From contig DBTX01000072.1 of NCBI GenBank assembly GCA_002307275.1, positions 57,454 through 121,453 of the forward strand: a stretch of DNA of 64,000 nt. Direction: 5' to 3'. This document shows, piece by piece, positions 18,797 to 28,232 of this stretch (position 1 is the first letter of the stretch; the number at the start of each line of letters is the position of its first letter). The DNA comes from Hungateiclostridiaceae bacterium UBA1305 (GTDB taxonomy: Bacteria; Bacillota; Clostridia; Acetivibrionales; DTU013). The notes beneath the pieces were generated by a model. It had not been told where the DNA came from, made no database searches, and saw only the letters and a list, made by a program, of their open reading frames with translations. A program made the translations under genes and the position numbers.

Positions 18797-18829
18797 AATA
18801 GGGGAGCTGCGAAGCTCCCTATTGTTTTA
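18797..18829 (+). terminator. Intrinsic terminator after rplT
   Basis: aataggggagc / gctccctatt stem followed by gtttt. Confidence 0.6.
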
Positions 18830-18867
18830 TCAGGCCATCAAAAGTTTTAATCGAATCAGGAGTTGTT

Positions 18868-19668
18868 ATGATTAGATTGACAGGAAGCCAAAACCCGCTG
18901 GTAAAAGAAATCAGAGCCTTGAAGAATAAAGGCGGCAGAGAAGAGACGGGGCGTTACTTTATTGAAGGTGTGCGGTTTGTTGCAGAAGCGCTGAAAGAGA
19001 GAATCCACATCAGATATCTGATGGTTTCGGAAACATTTTTATCTGATGTAGCTTCAGAAGAACTTCTTGGATCGGCCGGAGACGGTGTCGATTGCTACAT
19101 GCTGCCCGATAGTTTGTTTGCCTCAATTTCCGATACACAGGCCCCTCAGGGTATTCTGGCGGTTCTTGAAATAAGGAAAGAACAATTGGAGCACGCTGAG
19201 CTGAACGGAGGATTACTGGTGCTGCTTGAGGGTATAAAGGATCCCGGCAATATGGGGACTATAATACGGACAGCGGATGCGGCCGGTTGTGAGGGGGTTG
19301 TTGTACCTGCCGGTTGTGTCGATATATACAACCCGAAAGTACTCAGGTCAACGATGGGTTCTATTTTTCATATTCCAGTGTATCACTGCAGTGACATTGA
19401 AGCTGCAGTAAAAACAGTCCATGAAAAAGGCTACAAAATCTGTGCGTCTCACCTTGACGGGGCGTCAAGCATTTACAAAGCGGATCTGACAGGACCGGTC
19501 GCACTGGTGATCGGAAGTGAGGCTGAGGGTGTTGGAGAAGAAACTGTAAAAGCTGCCGATATGCTTTTAAAAATACCCATGTCAGGCAGGGCGGAATCGT
19601 TGAACGCTTCTGTTGCCGCAGGAATCATGATTTTCGAAACAATGAGGCAAAGAAATTCAAAGCAATGA
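18868..19668 (+). CDS. TrmH/SpoU-family rRNA 2'-O-methyltransferase (YsgA-like)
   Basis: SpoU motifs LVIGSEAEGV and IPMSGRAESLNASVAAGI. Same position after rplT as B. subtilis ysgA. Confidence 0.8.
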   Translation: MIRLTGSQNPLVKEIRALKNKGGREETGRYFIEGVRFVAEALKERIHIRYLMVSETFLSDVASEELLGSAGDGVDCYMLPDSLFASISDTQAPQGILAVLEIRKEQLEHAELNGGLLVLLEGIKDPGNMGTIIRTADAAGCEGVVVPAGCVDIYNPKVLRSTMGSIFHIPVYHCSDIEAAVKTVHEKGYKICASHLDGASSIYKADLTGPVALVIGSEAEGVGEETVKAADMLLKIPMSGRAESLNASVAAGIMIFETMRQRNSKQ

Positions 19669-19681
19669 GACAAAGAAATTG

Positions 19682-19710
19682 TTGACAATTGGCAAGCCAT
19701 GGGTTATATT
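19682..19710 (+). promoter_or_regulatory. Sigma-A-type promoter (TTGACA-17-TATATT) driving the Mn riboswitch
   Basis: TTGACA at 19682-19687, TATATT at 19705-19710. Confidence 0.5.
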
Positions 19711-19717
19711 TAGTTTT

Positions 19718-19850
19718 GTTAAAGGGGAGTAGTTTTTTTTCGACAAAGTCAACATCCTGGCATTAATGCCTGGCTTTGCGGCCCTACGGGTAAACGAGAC
19801 TTTTAACATGATTTCGATCTATTTCGAAATTATGTTAAAAGTCTTTTTGT
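19718..19850 (+). ncRNA. yybP-ykoY manganese riboswitch with terminator expression platform
   Basis: Conserved AAAGGGGAGUAG, GUCAACAUC and AACGAGACUUUUAAC. A 20-bp terminator stem (19798-19843) plus T-run shares its 5' arm with the aptamer P1 3' strand. A metal exporter lies downstream. Confidence 0.75.
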
Positions 19851-19899
19851 TTATATTTTTGAGAATACTAATGATATCTTGCAGAAAGTGAGGATTCAT

Positions 19900-20601
19900 A
19901 TGGGAACAGCAATTTCAACCTACCTGATAGCAGCAGGGGCGGTAACACTGGCGGAGATGGGTGATAAGACACAGCTTCTTGCGATGTGTTTTGCATCCAG
20001 ATATAAAGCTTCAAAGGTACTTATCGGAGTTTTTCTGGCAACGGTTCTAAACCATGCAGTTGCAGTAGGCGCAGGATATCTTTTGAAGGAAGTGATGTCG
20101 CAATATTCTTTGTACATTAAGGTGATTGCAGCATTGTCTTTCATCGGTTTTGCATTGTGGACAATCAGGGGCGATACTGTTGACGATACCTGTGATAACA
20201 GATCCAAATATGGTCCGATTGCCACAGTAGCAATAGCATTTTTTATCGCAGAAATGGGTGACAAAACACAGTTCGCGACGGTTTCACTCGCTGCATCCTA
20301 TGGAAACCCACTGGCAGTTTTACTTGGTACTACGACGGGCATGATGATTGCGGATGGTATTGGGATTATCTTTGGTGTCGTTCTCAATAAAAAGATACCT
20401 GAAAAGGCAATGAAATGGATATCAGCCTCCATATTTGCCATATGCGGTCTGGTCGGATATATCCAGGCACTGACTGGTGTAATGGAAATAGCATTATTGG
20501 TCTGTACGGTTTTGATCATAATTGCACTGACAGTCTGTACCGCTTTATGGATCGTAAGGAAAAACAATGCCGCCAGTATTGAGAAAGTAACAGAGAACTA
20601 A
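19900..20601 (+). CDS. UPF0016 (GDT1/TMEM165) family Mn2+/Ca2+ transporter
   Basis: Two E-x-G-D-K-T motifs (AEMGDKTQLLA, AEMGDKTQFAT), 6 TM helices. The ATG at 19900 follows GTGAGGA. Confidence 0.8.
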   Translation: MGTAISTYLIAAGAVTLAEMGDKTQLLAMCFASRYKASKVLIGVFLATVLNHAVAVGAGYLLKEVMSQYSLYIKVIAALSFIGFALWTIRGDTVDDTCDNRSKYGPIATVAIAFFIAEMGDKTQFATVSLAASYGNPLAVLLGTTTGMMIADGIGIIFGVVLNKKIPEKAMKWISASIFAICGLVGYIQALTGVMEIALLVCTVLIIIALTVCTALWIVRKNNAASIEKVTEN

Positions 20602-20657
20602 TACAAGCATATTATTTTATTCATTTTTATATAATACAACGAAAGAGGGTAAGTTGA

Positions 20658-21665
20658 ATGGTACTGGATATAGTAAGCCTTGTTCTGAGTCTAGGTATAA
20701 TTTTATTGAGCTGCGAGTTATTTACAAATGGTGTGGAGTGGCTGGGAAAACAGCTAAGGCTTGGAGATGGGGTCATAGGAAGCGTATTTTCAGCAGTTGG
20801 CACGTGCCTTCCGGAAACAATCATTCCTATTATTGCAATTTTATTTTCCGAAAAATCCTCGGATAATGTAGACATCGGCATCGGCGCCATTGTTGGAGCG
20901 CCGTTTATGCTGGGCACGCTGGCATTTTTTCTCACGGGCCTGAGCGTGTTTGTTTTCTGGAAGAGGAGGAAAACCGGACTTGTGATGAAAGTTAATCATA
21001 AGATACTGGGCAGAGATATCGGCTTTTTCATCATGATCTATTCAATAGGTCTGCTGACCAGCCTGATCACTGTAAAACCGGTCAAATATGCTATTGCCGT
21101 ATTTCTTATAGGCTGTTATGTTTATTACATTATTCAGACGGTAAAGAACGATGTCGAAAGTCAGCACAAGCTTGACCCTCTGCATCTGTCCAGAATTTTC
21201 AAAAAGAATATATCCATGCGGGTGATCCTGCTTCAGATTGCACTTGCACTTGCCGGTATCATATTTGGGGCGGAAATGTTTGTGGAAGGAATAAACAGGA
21301 CATCTGAACTGTTCGGAATCTCAGCGCTTGTTCTGTCCATCATCATAACGCCTATCGCCACGGAACTGCCGGAAAAATTCAACAGCATCATCTGGATAAG
21401 CAAAAAGAAGGATACGCTTGCGCTGGGCAACATATCGGGGGCAATGGTATTCCAAAGCTGTATCCCTGTTGCAATCGGCATTGCTGCCACATCGTGGCAG
21501 CTCGACATAAAAGCCGTGGTAAGCGGTATGCTTGCCATATTATCTGCAGGAGTGGTGTACCTCTGGATAAAAGTAACGGGAAAATTAAGTCCGTTTCCAT
21601 TGTTGGCAGGAGGAATTTTTTACATCACCTTTATCATTTATCTGATTCTTATCGGGTTTAAGTAG
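20658..21665 (+). CDS. CaCA-family cation/Ca2+ antiporter (YrbG-like)
   Basis: About 10 TM helices in two internal halves, each with an alpha-repeat-like segment (GSVFSAVGTCLPE / GNISGAMVFQS). Confidence 0.7.
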   Translation: MVLDIVSLVLSLGIILLSCELFTNGVEWLGKQLRLGDGVIGSVFSAVGTCLPETIIPIIAILFSEKSSDNVDIGIGAIVGAPFMLGTLAFFLTGLSVFVFWKRRKTGLVMKVNHKILGRDIGFFIMIYSIGLLTSLITVKPVKYAIAVFLIGCYVYYIIQTVKNDVESQHKLDPLHLSRIFKKNISMRVILLQIALALAGIIFGAEMFVEGINRTSELFGISALVLSIIITPIATELPEKFNSIIWISKKKDTLALGNISGAMVFQSCIPVAIGIAATSWQLDIKAVVSGMLAILSAGVVYLWIKVTGKLSPFPLLAGGIFYITFIIYLILIGFK

Positions 21666-21711
21666 GATTTCATACATGAATCGGATAAAAGGTGAATTAG
21701 AATTATGGACC

Positions 21712-22110
21712 TTAAAACAGGTTTTCAAGTTTGAGCTTTTCCTTTTCCGGGATATGTCCGATATATGTTTTAAGGGCTGCCGCTTCTGAAAGAGAACCGG
21801 GCAGTTCTTTTGCCTTTATCAGTGATTGCAGTTGGGCAAGGGTCACATCGATATTATCTATTTCCACATGATCAATCAATGCCGACCAGGTCCCCTTGAC
21901 TTTCGTCCATGTTTTTTCAACTTCACCAAGGCTGCTTTCTGCACCATTCCAATTTTCTGCAGCAGCATATTTTACTGCTATTTCCAGTGCAGCTTTAAGG
22001 TTTTCAGAATCCCTGTGTAAAAGCTGCTGAGAGAATATGCTAATTCCCAGGATGAATGTTATCAGGATAACTATAAGTACTATGATTAGTGCGACAGGAT
22101 GCTGCTTCAC
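21712..22110 (-). CDS. DUF4363-type small membrane-anchored protein
   Basis: Single N-terminal TM helix plus a helical domain. Sits immediately downstream of a DUF421 gene, the usual pairing. GTG start. Confidence 0.5.
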   Translation of the reverse strand: MKQHPVALIIVLIVILITFILGISIFSQQLLHRDSENLKAALEIAVKYAAAENWNGAESSLGEVEKTWTKVKGTWSALIDHVEIDNIDVTLAQLQSLIKAKELPGSLSEAAALKTYIGHIPEKEKLKLENLF

Positions 22111-22119
22111 TTTTTATGG

Positions 22120-22848
22120 TCATCCCCCTTCTCCAGGCTGGCCGTTGACTGCGTCAACTGCTCGCCCATGTGTCCGGGTCCGGTGAGGCTGACAAAAGAG
22201 CTTGCCGGAGGAATCGATGCATGCGAACAGTAAATCGCCGGGACTTGAATATTGTTGTTTGCGGAGTTCCTTTACAAGCCACTGTCTGTCTTTGCCAGCG
22301 GTCTTAAGATTGTCATCCATTACTTTTCCATCGATAATCACATCTATGGTGATTCCTTCATAATCTGTTTTGATACTCATGTCCTGAGGATTTAAAGGGC
22401 GCTTCTGAGATTTGGGTATTACGCTCACCTGGCCGTTTGTCTCAAGTATTGCATATTCGACATCTTCTATGTTTGGAAAATTTTTGATTCTGAGCTGTTC
22501 AAGAAGATCATTGAGGGTATATAGTTCCTTCCGTAACTCTTCTTCGTTTATTTTACCCTTTTCGATCAGAATGGCAGGTCTTCCGCAAAATAAAGCACGT
22601 GTGCGCATACTTTTCAAGGAGAGCAATGACATAAGAAGCTGTGCAACGAGCAGTGTCAGTATTGGTATAATGCCGTTTATGAGCGGTATACCGGTATTTT
22701 GCATCGGAACAGCGGCAAGCTCGGATATCATGATGGCGATTGCCAGTTCAAAAGGCTGCAGCTGTCCGATCTGTCTTTTTCCCATGATGCGCATCGTAAT
22801 CACTACTATTATGTAAAGAACAAGTGCCCTGACAAAAACAACCAGCAT
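22120..22848 (-). CDS. DUF421 (YetF/YdfS-like) membrane protein
   Basis: MGKRQIGQLQPFELAIAIMISELAA and a C-terminal soluble domain. The last ~17 codons run through the 35-nt hairpin element. Confidence 0.75.
   Translation of the reverse strand: MLVVFVRALVLYIIVVITMRIMGKRQIGQLQPFELAIAIMISELAAVPMQNTGIPLINGIIPILTLLVAQLLMSLLSLKSMRTRALFCGRPAILIEKGKINEEELRKELYTLNDLLEQLRIKNFPNIEDVEYAILETNGQVSVIPKSQKRPLNPQDMSIKTDYEGITIDVIIDGKVMDDNLKTAGKDRQWLVKELRKQQYSSPGDLLFACIDSSGKLFCQPHRTRTHGRAVDAVNGQPGEGG
22136..22170 (-). repeat. 35-nt hairpin element, copy A (minus-strand sense CATGGGCGAGCAGTTGACGCAGTCAACGGCCAGCC)
   Basis: 33/35 identical to copy B at 28253-28287. Both copies lie in the sense orientation of the local transcript. 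Confidence 0.9.
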
Positions 22849-23013
22849 TCATTCACATCCTTTTTTGAGAAAATGCAAAAAGTATCGGAACAGCAAATTA
22901 TTCTTTACAACATAAAAATAACTATGCAAAAAATATTATATCTATTGGCAGAGCAAATGTTATAATTATGAAAAAGACTAGCAGGGTATTGAAGGATTGG
23001 GGAGATATGAAAG

Positions 23014-23628
23014 ATGAATATTATTATCATTGGCTGCGGTAAGGTCGGTTCAAAGTTTGCGCAGATTTTATCGGAGGATGGTCATGATGTCGTTATTGTT
23101 GATAATGACAAAAATGCATTTAAACTGTTGAATCATGATTTCAACGGTTTAACAGTAGCAGGAGTGCCGATTGACCAGGACGTTTTAAAACAGGCCGGAA
23201 TAGAAAATGCAGATGCTTTTGCGGCTGTAACTCCGGATGATAACGTAAATATTATGGCATGCCAGGTTGCCAAAGAAATATTCAAAGTGCCGCGTGTCAT
23301 CGCAAGGATATACAATCCGGAACGTGAACATGTTTTCCATCATTTCGGGCTGGAAACGATATGCCCAACAAACCTGACTGTAGATGTGATGCGGACAAAA
23401 ATTACTGGAGAATCGGATTCATCCCATCATACAGTAGCCGGAGAAGCCTTTACTTTCAAAAGGGAATCAGTGGGTAGGGAGGTTGAGGGAAAAAAGCTGA
23501 GTGCTGTCAAAACAAAAAGGGATTGCAGTGTTTTCGGTGTTATACAAAATGGAGTGTTTGTTTTCGCCAACTCAGGAATCAGACTGGGCAGAGGGGATAT
23601 ACTGATAGTTGCGTATCAAACGCATTAG
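23014..23628 (+). CDS. trkA: Trk/Ktr K+ uptake NAD-binding subunit (TrkA-N/TrkA-C)
   Basis: Rossmann motif IIGCGKVGS, C-terminal RCK-C domain. Confidence 0.8.
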   Translation: MNIIIIGCGKVGSKFAQILSEDGHDVVIVDNDKNAFKLLNHDFNGLTVAGVPIDQDVLKQAGIENADAFAAVTPDDNVNIMACQVAKEIFKVPRVIARIYNPEREHVFHHFGLETICPTNLTVDVMRTKITGESDSSHHTVAGEAFTFKRESVGREVEGKKLSAVKTKRDCSVFGVIQNGVFVFANSGIRLGRGDILIVAYQTH

Positions 23629-23722
23629 TTAATATCGCAGCCAAGCTGCAAGCCTTTGGAGCGTGAATATCGCTGCAATGGGCTTTAAATTATTACAGCA
23701 GTTTCAAAGGGAGAGAACTTTT

Positions 23723-24382
23723 ATGTATATTATAATTGTTGGCGGCGGCAAGGTTGGCTATTATCTCACAAAAACACTTTTGTCGTACAAGCATAGAGTA
23801 GTGGTTATCGAACCGCAAAAGGAGCTATGCGAAAAGCTGGCCAATCAGCTTAATGTAACTGTTTGCAACGGTGATGGCACAACGATAGAAAAGCTTGAGG
23901 AAGTTGACGCATCAGAGGCTGATGTTCTCATTGCCGTGACTGGAAGAGATGAGGACAATCTAATTGCCTGTCAGCTTGCAAAATCCAATTTTGGTATTAG
24001 AAGAACCATTTCACGGGTAAATAACCCGAAAAATATTGAGGTGTTTGAAAAACTGGGGGTTGATACTGCAGTCAGCAGTACTTCCATAATAGCCGACATG
24101 ATTGAACAGGAAGTGGATTATTCAGGCATTAAAACATTGATGATGCTCAAAGATGGAAAAATTACGCTGAGTGAAATTGAAGTGATGGAAGGGTCTCCTG
24201 TTTGTGATAAAAGTCTGAAGGATATCAATCTCCCGAAGGAAAGCATCCTTGTCTCAGTCATAAGAGATGAAGCAGTCATCATTCCGAACGGATTAACCGT
24301 ACTGCAAAAGGATGACTATGTCATTGCAGTGACATCAAAGGAAAACCAAAAAAAATTGATTGCATTTTTTACAAAACCTTAG
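23723..24382 (+). CDS. trkA: Trk/Ktr K+ uptake NAD-binding subunit, second paralog
   Basis: MYIIIVGGGKVGYYL. The ATG at 23723 follows AAGGGAGAG. The ORF-track start at 23663 was rejected. Confidence 0.85.
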   Translation: MYIIIVGGGKVGYYLTKTLLSYKHRVVVIEPQKELCEKLANQLNVTVCNGDGTTIEKLEEVDASEADVLIAVTGRDEDNLIACQLAKSNFGIRRTISRVNNPKNIEVFEKLGVDTAVSSTSIIADMIEQEVDYSGIKTLMMLKDGKITLSEIEVMEGSPVCDKSLKDINLPKESILVSVIRDEAVIIPNGLTVLQKDDYVIAVTSKENQKKLIAFFTKP

Positions 24383-24450
24383 TATGCAGGCTGTCAGCTT
24401 TTGAACTGCTTTTAGATGGTACAGACCACTGGGAGCCTGCTCGGAAACTC

Positions 24451-25827
24451 CTAGCCTACAATGACTCTGCCCTCAGGATATATGATATCGGAACTGCTTT
24501 TATGGCTTCGTATCGCAAGTGCAAGTGCAAAAGAGACAGGACCTACTCTTCCGAGGAACATCATCAGGATCAGCAGGAGCTTGCTTACTGTATGAAGTCC
24601 GGGTGTAAGACCGGTAGTCAGTCCGACCGTACCGAACGCTGAGGTTGCTTCAAGTAGTATGCTAAGCATGGGCTTGCTTTCTATCATAAGCATAATAATG
24701 GATACCACCACTACAAGGAAAGCACTGAGACCCAGAATTGCAAGAGCTTTGCTTACTGTCTGAAAGGAAACCCGACTTTTAAAAACAATGGTTTCATCTG
24801 AGCCCCTTATCTGCGAAATCACAGCAAACAGAAGGATTCCGAAGGTGGTGACCTTGATACCGCCGGCAGTAGAACCGGGAGCTGCGCCTATGAACATGAG
24901 AAGGACGGTCAGAAATTTGGATGTTTCATGCAACTTGTTGATATCTACCGTATTATAGCCGGCAGTTCTCGGAGTCACGGATTGGAAAATGGAAGCATTT
25001 ATTTTCCCGGCAGTGTCCAGACCGCCCATTGTTGCAGGATTACCCGATTCAAAAACAAAAAACAAAATTGCTCCAAATAGGATCAAAAATGCGGTTATTG
25101 TTAAAACAAGCTTGGTATGCAGCATAAGTGATCTGGTTTTCCTGTAATCGAACAGATCCTTCCAGACTATGAAGCCCAAGCCCCCGATGATGATCAATAA
25201 TGCAATCGTATATAGTACAACAGGGTCATTATTGTACTGTGTAAGACTAATAAATTTACCGGCTCCTGAAATACTCATCAAATCGAAGCCGGCATTGCAA
25301 AACGCCGATATGGCATGGAATACGCCCAGGTAGAAGCCTTCCAAACCATATTGTGGAACAAAGCGTGTTGAAAGAATCAAAGCGCCGGCAGCTTCAATAC
25401 TAAGGGTTACAAGCACAACTGTTTTGACTAGTTTCATGATTCCTTCAAACGTAAAATAATTAATGGACTCCTGCGCCAGGATCATGTTCCTGAGCCTCAT
25501 CCTGCGACCAAGCAGAGCGGAGAAAAACGTAGTCAAGGTAATGATTCCAAGTCCTCCTGCCTGTATCAGGGATAATATGACAATTTGTCCGAATAATGAC
25601 CAGTGCAGGTAGGTATCAACAACGACAAGCCCTGTAACACATGTGGCGGAGGTTGCTGTAAACAATGCCTCAACAAAGCCGGCTCCGGTTCCATCCCGCG
25701 ATGCTGCAGGCAGGCAAAGCAACAAAGTGCCCGCAGCAATAAGAAAGAAGAAGCTTAATACGATAACCGATGTCGGCTTTAGTCCAATTAATCTTTTCTT
25801 ATGACTTTCATTCATACTATTTCGCAT
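24451..25827 (-). CDS. trkH: TrkH/KtrB-family K+ transporter membrane subunit
   Basis: Polytopic protein with repeated pore-loop motifs (SATCVTGL, PRTAGYNTVD, GAAPGSTAGGIK). Confidence 0.85.
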   Translation of the reverse strand: MRNSMNESHKKRLIGLKPTSVIVLSFFFLIAAGTLLLCLPAASRDGTGAGFVEALFTATSATCVTGLVVVDTYLHWSLFGQIVILSLIQAGGLGIITLTTFFSALLGRRMRLRNMILAQESINYFTFEGIMKLVKTVVLVTLSIEAAGALILSTRFVPQYGLEGFYLGVFHAISAFCNAGFDLMSISGAGKFISLTQYNNDPVVLYTIALLIIIGGLGFIVWKDLFDYRKTRSLMLHTKLVLTITAFLILFGAILFFVFESGNPATMGGLDTAGKINASIFQSVTPRTAGYNTVDINKLHETSKFLTVLLMFIGAAPGSTAGGIKVTTFGILLFAVISQIRGSDETIVFKSRVSFQTVSKALAILGLSAFLVVVVSIIMLMIESKPMLSILLEATSAFGTVGLTTGLTPGLHTVSKLLLILMMFLGRVGPVSFALALAIRSHKSSSDIIYPEGRVIVG

Positions 25828-25852
25828 AGCTGGATACCCCTGTCTTTAATAA

Positions 25853-27130
25853 TTATACGTAAAACAGCAGCAGATAAACCGTTGCGATAGCTACAGTAAT
25901 CAGCATTAAAGGAAAACAGATCTTAAAATAGGCAATGAAGCTGATTTTATGACCGTTGTCTTCCGCCATGCCTGAAGCTACAACATTTGCACTGGCGCCG
26001 ATTATCGTTCCATTGCCTCCAAGGCAGGCACCCAGAGAAAGAGCCCACCAGAGAGGCCCGAGGGCAATCCCGCTTATGGAACCGATATCCTTTAACAGCG
26101 GGATCATGGTAGCTGTAAATGGGATATTGTCTACAAATGCGGAGAGTATTGCTGAAAACCAAAGAATAGACATGGTAAGCAATAAAAGGTTGTCTCCGGC
26201 AATGTTATAGATGCCGTTTGCAATAAATTCGAGAACACCGGCTTGTTCTATTCCGCCGACAAGCATGAAAAGCCCGGCAAAAAAGAATATTGTTTTCCAT
26301 TCCACTTCCTTGAGTATCTTTTCTGATTTCATGCCCGATACCAGCAGCAACAGAACTGCGCCGGAAATGGCAATCGTGGAAGATTCAAAGCCGAGGCTGC
26401 CGTGCAGTACGAAGCCGATCACTGTAAGTCCGAGAACGATAAGACATTTGATCAACAGACGTTTATCCTTGATGGCATCATTTTCGTTCATTTTCAACAC
26501 TTTTTCCTTATATTCCGGTTTTGTATGAAAGTTCTTTCTGTAGATGAATGCAAATGCAAGGGTGGAGACTGCCAGAATGACAATACAAATCGGTGCCGTA
26601 TTGAAAATGAAATCCATGAAGCCAAGGTTGGTGCTGCTTCCGATCATAATGTTCGGAGGATCACCGATCAATGTGGCTGTACCGCCGATATTTGAGGCAA
26701 AGACCTGTGAGATGATGAAAGGCACAAATTTGAGCCTGAGTTCTTTGCATATGTCAATCGTTATTGGAAGAATGAGAAGAATAGTGGTGACATTGTCCAG
26801 AAACGCCGAGAACACCGCTGTAATCAAGGATAATAAAATCAATAGTCGGATCGGGTCTGCTTTTGAGATTTTGACAGCTTTAATGGCTAGATACTCGAAT
26901 ACGCCGGAATGTTTTGTGATCATGACAATAACCATCATACTGATCAGCAAGCCCAGGGTATTATAATCAATAGCTTCGAAGGCATTTTCCTGATTGAGCA
27001 GGCCAACAAGTACCATTGCTGTTCCGCCGCCGAGCGCTACAATAACGCGGTCAATTTTATCAGTTACGATTATGATGTAAGAGATAATGAATATAGCTGA
27101 TGAAAGGATCATTTGCGTGGTAAACTCCAT
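25853..27130 (-). CDS. ArsB/NhaD-superfamily (SLC13-like) anion/Na+ permease
   Basis: 425-aa polytopic protein with GDPPNIMIGS- and GGNGTIIGASANV-type hairpin motifs. Confidence 0.7.
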   Translation of the reverse strand: MEFTTQMILSSAIFIISYIIIVTDKIDRVIVALGGGTAMVLVGLLNQENAFEAIDYNTLGLLISMMVIVMITKHSGVFEYLAIKAVKISKADPIRLLILLSLITAVFSAFLDNVTTILLILPITIDICKELRLKFVPFIISQVFASNIGGTATLIGDPPNIMIGSSTNLGFMDFIFNTAPICIVILAVSTLAFAFIYRKNFHTKPEYKEKVLKMNENDAIKDKRLLIKCLIVLGLTVIGFVLHGSLGFESSTIAISGAVLLLLVSGMKSEKILKEVEWKTIFFFAGLFMLVGGIEQAGVLEFIANGIYNIAGDNLLLLTMSILWFSAILSAFVDNIPFTATMIPLLKDIGSISGIALGPLWWALSLGACLGGNGTIIGASANVVASGMAEDNGHKISFIAYFKICFPLMLITVAIATVYLLLFYV

Positions 27131-27319
27131 TTTGTCCTCCTTAAGGGCAGATCATATTTTTCAAATATTATATCATATAGTTTCTTGTTTTGCTGTAAAT
27201 TGAAAATGCTTATGGTGAAATAATAAAAATTGTTTGTTATCCAATCAGCTTTAAATATTGGAATATTAAGCATTAAAATGTGCAAGCTATACGGAGTAAT
27301 AATTAAAAGGAGGGATAAT

Positions 27320-27517
27320 ATGGCTTTAACATCAAAGGAATTGATGCTGTTACAGGACAACATCAAAATGACTGAGAATTCAGTTAAATTCATCCAGTTT
27401 TGTGCTGAAACAGCTACCGACGCACAAGTAAAGGGCTTGTGCCAGAGCATGGCAAAGGAACATCAGGATGATCTGAATACCTTGATCAAACACATTAATA
27501 CTACAGCAGTCCAATAA
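27320..27517 (+). CDS. Small spore coat protein (CotF-associated)
   Basis: MALTSKELMLLQDNIKMTENS... following AAAGGAGGG. Paired with a Coat_F gene 12 nt downstream. Confidence 0.55.
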   Translation: MALTSKELMLLQDNIKMTENSVKFIQFCAETATDAQVKGLCQSMAKEHQDDLNTLIKHINTTAVQ

Positions 27518-27529
27518 GGAGGGATATGG

Positions 27530-27805
27530 ATGAAAAGCTTTGGTGATAAGGAAATTACTACTGTACTTTTGGATGAGCATAAGCTTTGTGCTTCTTCATT
27601 GACAAATCTCATTCTTGAAAGCTCCAACCAGAGCCTGAGGAATGATGCAGCTGGACTTTTGAACAGAACGTTCCAGCATCAAAAGAATATTTTCGATCTG
27701 ATGACACAAAAGGGCTGGTATACGACACAGGCAGCAAGTCAACAGGATATAAGCAGCGCAAAACAGGATGTCAGCAAAATTCAAACATCCTCAAGTTTTA
27801 TGTAA
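27530..27805 (+). CDS. Spore coat protein F family
   Basis: Coat_F pattern DKEITTVLLDEHKLCASSLTNLILESSNQSLRND...QKGWY. Confidence 0.7.
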   Translation: MKSFGDKEITTVLLDEHKLCASSLTNLILESSNQSLRNDAAGLLNRTFQHQKNIFDLMTQKGWYTTQAASQQDISSAKQDVSKIQTSSSFM

Positions 27806-27810
27806 CATTT

Positions 27811-27863
27811 AAAGTAAAACAAAACAGCAGGCAGATGATCCGCCTGCTGTTTTGTTTTACTTT
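27811..27863. terminator. Bidirectional terminator with a perfect 22-bp stem
   Basis: aaagtaaaacaaaacagcaggc (27811-27832) pairs with gcctgctgttttgttttacttt (27842-27863). It lies between convergent cotF and SASP genes, with A/T runs on both sides. Confidence 0.75.
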
Positions 27864-27897
27864 ATCGTACAACACTTATTTCTTATCAGTTTCGTAA

Positions 27898-28071
27898 TTA
27901 CTTAGTTCCGTTGTAAGATTCAAATACCTTTTTAACGATATTACCGCCGATCTTGCCAGCATCCCTGGATGCGATGTCTCCGTTGTAACCCTGTTTCAGA
28001 TTGACACCTACCTGGTTGGCAATTTCGTATTTCAACTTATTGAACGAAGTATTGTTGTTGCTTTTTGACAT
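27898..28071 (-). CDS. Alpha/beta-type small acid-soluble spore protein (57 aa; below the ORF-track cutoff)
   Basis: Hand translation: MSKSNNNTSFNKLKYEIANQVGVNLKQGYNGDIASRDAGKIGGNIVKKVFESYNGTK. RBS GAGGAGGTG. Confidence 0.85.
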   Translation of the reverse strand: MSKSNNNTSFNKLKYEIANQVGVNLKQGYNGDIASRDAGKIGGNIVKKVFESYNGTK

Positions 28072-28232
28072 TTTATCACCTCCTCAATGATTATTGTGTC
28101 AAAAAAGAGTTACTTTATTACATGAAAGATATGGCTGCAATTATTCTGTAATTATTTTGTATTTTGCATTATTTTATGTAGACTTCGATTTTTCTATATG
28201 ATATACTTTGAAACGAAATTGGATGACAGTGA

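Noticed and set aside
22850-23013. Looked for a c-di-AMP (ydaO/kimA-type) riboswitch upstream of the trkA genes
   Set aside because: The spacer is AT-rich, has no recognisable conserved ACGGGGA/CCCG-type helices and is too short for the motif.
23663-23722. Upstream start for the second trkA paralog
   Set aside because: The Rossmann fold begins at MYIIIVGGG (23723), which has its own RBS. The extension has no homology.
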